From the NCBI RefSeq assembly GCF_006345805.1, contig NC_043007.1, positions 1,488,001-1,552,000 on the forward strand: a DNA stretch of 64,000 bases. The letters run 5' to 3'. Under the pieces are notes generated by a model. It ran no database searches, was not told the DNA's origin, and saw only the letters and a program-made list of their open reading frames with translations. The position numbers and the translations under genes are program-made. The DNA comes from Octopus sinensis (lineage: Eukaryota). Shown here in pieces: positions 61,234-64,000 of the stretch (position 1 is its first letter; each line of letters starts with the position of its first letter).

Positions 61234-64000
61234 AATAATAATAATAATAATAATAATAACAATAATAATAATAATAAACACTAAATGAACCTATGCGGAT
61301 TATTTTGTTAGAAAACAATGACAGAAAGAGTAATTACTGTGTTACTGTGGGGAATGGAGTGTCCAACATTTTGGAGAGAGTACCTTCTTCAAGTTAAAGA
61401 TGGAAATAAAAGAAAAGACAGCAATTTCTTACATCCTTGGTATTTAAGAAACTGGTTGCAACAGAAGTGATGTGAGTTGGAGGGATGAATAAAAGAGATA
61501 AACCTAAGTTACTTCATCAGTTGATGAACCTTGACCGGAAGGTCCTTCCAGTGTGGGAAACAATTGTGGCTTAAATTTGGCTCACGCAATCAACAACTAG
61601 TCCTTTTAACCTCGTCTGTAGAGACAGGTAGATCGTATCTGAGAATTCATGGAGCCATTTTGTATTATACACAAACATGTGTAAAGTTCTGTGAAGCGAT
61701 TGAAGATTCAATGGAGATAGCAGCATTTTGTAAAGAATGAAGAAATCTTTGAGGATCTGACAGAATAAAACTATTCTCTATATAATAGCCAAGAACTTTT
61801 ATATTTGCCAAAATAACAGATTGGCAACTATTTAGAGTCAAGTTTAAGTATATACAGCCATTCAAATCGTGTTCATCTTTGTTCAGTTCCACCTATCGCA
61901 GTATCATGAAAGTAGGGGAAGATGTTTTTCGATTTTTCTTTCTTTGACAACAACTTTATTCTCTGGGAAACAGGTAAATGCCATTTCTAACATCAAAAGG
62001 AACACGACAATCTTGATAAAGCCTTTTACATGCTTGAAATGCATGACAGGGGTTTTTAGTGATATGCACCAGTAAAGTCAAAGGTGGGGAAGAATTTGTT
62101 TGCAGAAACGAAACAAAGAAAGAAAGGGCTTATTGATTCTATCATCAAGTTACCTGGGTGGTGGGTACCTGTCTCATTCACTGAACGAATCTATAGTTTA
62201 AGAGTAAACAATATGCAATTGCTTCTTGCGACAGGTAAGTTTATTCTTTGTTGTTATTATCACCTGATCTTGGCTTGGTGACAGCTTTAAGAAACCTTTC
62301 TTGGAGAACAGGTGAGTGCTGGTTAACAGTAAGTGCATCTGGCCATACAGTACTGCTGCAGAAATATGTATATATATACCTCCTGCTAACCTGTGCTCAC
62401 ATGGAAGAAGGGATGTGTGAAATAAGTAAACAAACCAACTGAACACATCAACACCACCACCACCAACATAACCACCACCACCACCACCATACCACCACTC
62501 CCCCCCACCGCCGCCACCCTCAACAGCACCGCCGCCGAAATGCTGTGTTAGCAACAAACAAGATGAGGACAAATATCCGCCAAATGTAAATAATGTTCTT
62601 AGGTATATCTTTAAGTCCCATTGTTCAATAACCACAATGTCATTCCAAAAGACAAAAATAGGATTTGGTGCATAAATTAAGGATGAGATGGAATTTTCAA
62701 AACTTTTACTGTTATAAAATAGCCAGAACTAGTTTTTTTTTTGTACTCTTGTATGATGAGAGCACAACCAAAAGTACATCCCTTGTTTTATACAGACTCA
62801 TGTTTTATCAGTAGTTGTTTTATGTTGAAAAATTATCAGGATTTTGCATCTTGCAAGTTGTTGTGTAAGTGAAAAGTAGTTTGAAATATTTTTTTTCTTT
62901 TATAGTTTTCTTAGGAGCAATTAATCGCTTTATTTGAAGCTGCTACTGCAAAAATAGATGTATATCTATGTGTGTGTGTGTGTGTATGTGTGTATTTAAT
63001 ATATATCTATGCTCATAATTACACTGGTGCAAATGTATACACACACACACACATCTACATGTAGTATACATTATATATCCACACATAAGCATCACTTTTC
63101 TTGGATAACAGCATCTTCTTGAAGCTGTTTCATCAAATACACAACTATGAACTAATTTTATAAATTTGCTTCTGTCTAAGAGCATAAAACAATTATTGGA
63201 GGAACGTTTGAAGAATTTATGTATTGTTCATCCTGAAGGAACAATCTGGTGTTCCACTAATTTTTTTTCTTCTTTTTAAACTTTTCCTTCTTGTCAGCTC
63301 TTCTCATTGAAATGGTAATTCCATACTTCTTTCTAACCGAAATGAAATGCAAGTTTTGCCTCTGTTTTCCTGTCTCATCCATATTTGTCATTTGCTTATT
63401 AAATTTATTTACGTGTTTGTTTGTGTGTGCGTGTGTGTGTGTCTATATATATATATAATCAAAGTGTACAGTAGTATATAACCATTACAGCCAGTCTTAT
63501 CAATTGGTTTTGCACTGGGGGTTCAACAGAGTGTTAGATAACAGTCTGATTATGTAACCCTGTGCTCCTCAGAGATAGCCATTATGGGCTGAAATATGGT
63601 GACTGCTCTCTATTTTTGGAGGTGAAAAGACACATCCGGTTTGTGGTTGCTGTGAAAAAGATGATGAAATGAATTGAGCTTGGAGTTTCTACCTATCGCA
63701 ATGGAGCCCAGCAATTTCCTTAAATGGATCAGTTTTTCTCCACTCAAGGCGTCTAGCTTGCGTTTGCCTCCAGGAAGCTATTACTCATTTTGTCTGCGTT
63801 AGGACAATGAAATTTATCACTGCCAACATTGCTGCTACCAGTTCTTACTACACCTAACGTTGATGACAGTATCATAATTTGTCCTTGCACATGTAAACTC
63901 ACTAAGTGAATATGACTTAGCGTTCCTATAAAAACCTTCATTTACCTTATTCGATGTTTAATGTCGTTTCACATTCATGTTGAGTTATGCAACAATCTTA

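Noticed and set aside
61893-62310. Strong + strand donors at ~61972, 62233 and 62310 as further MON2 exons
   Set aside because: Upstream frames do not match the expected MON2 residues or contain stops.

Overview
Eukaryotic, AT-rich, repeat-dominated DNA, most likely a coleoid cephalopod (Octopus). This is inferred from the tRNA-derived SINE families, the RTE tails ending in (GAT)n and the very dense (AT)n/(AC)n/(ATT)n microsatellites. The only host gene I can support is MON2 (Golgi/endosome Arf-GEF-like scaffold): two + strand exons, 26052-26156 and 28042-28199, splice in frame and match vertebrate MON2. I found no other MON2 exon, so the rest of the window is probably intron. It contains three SINE families, about 25 RTE 3'-end copies and a 1.4 kb 5'-truncated RTE LINE with a PHD-type finger inside its RT. 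It also holds CR1-like, I-group-like and R4/Dong-like LINE ends, a DD37D Tc1/mariner relic, hAT, mariner and TTAA-type MITEs, a Helitron-like 3' end, a minimal hammerhead ribozyme in a Penelope-like segment, and an antisense 18S rRNA fragment. The best second-look items are: a CRISPR-lookalike double-hairpin array in the RTE 3' UTR with conserved stems and variable loops; the hammerhead; two ~80 bp local inverted duplications; a perfect 65 bp palindrome; a head-to-head double-tailed RTE insertion; and a 255 bp insert flanked by a 22 bp direct repeat. Almost all ORFs in the supplied track are microsatellite artefacts. All identifications come from reading and recall, not database searches.
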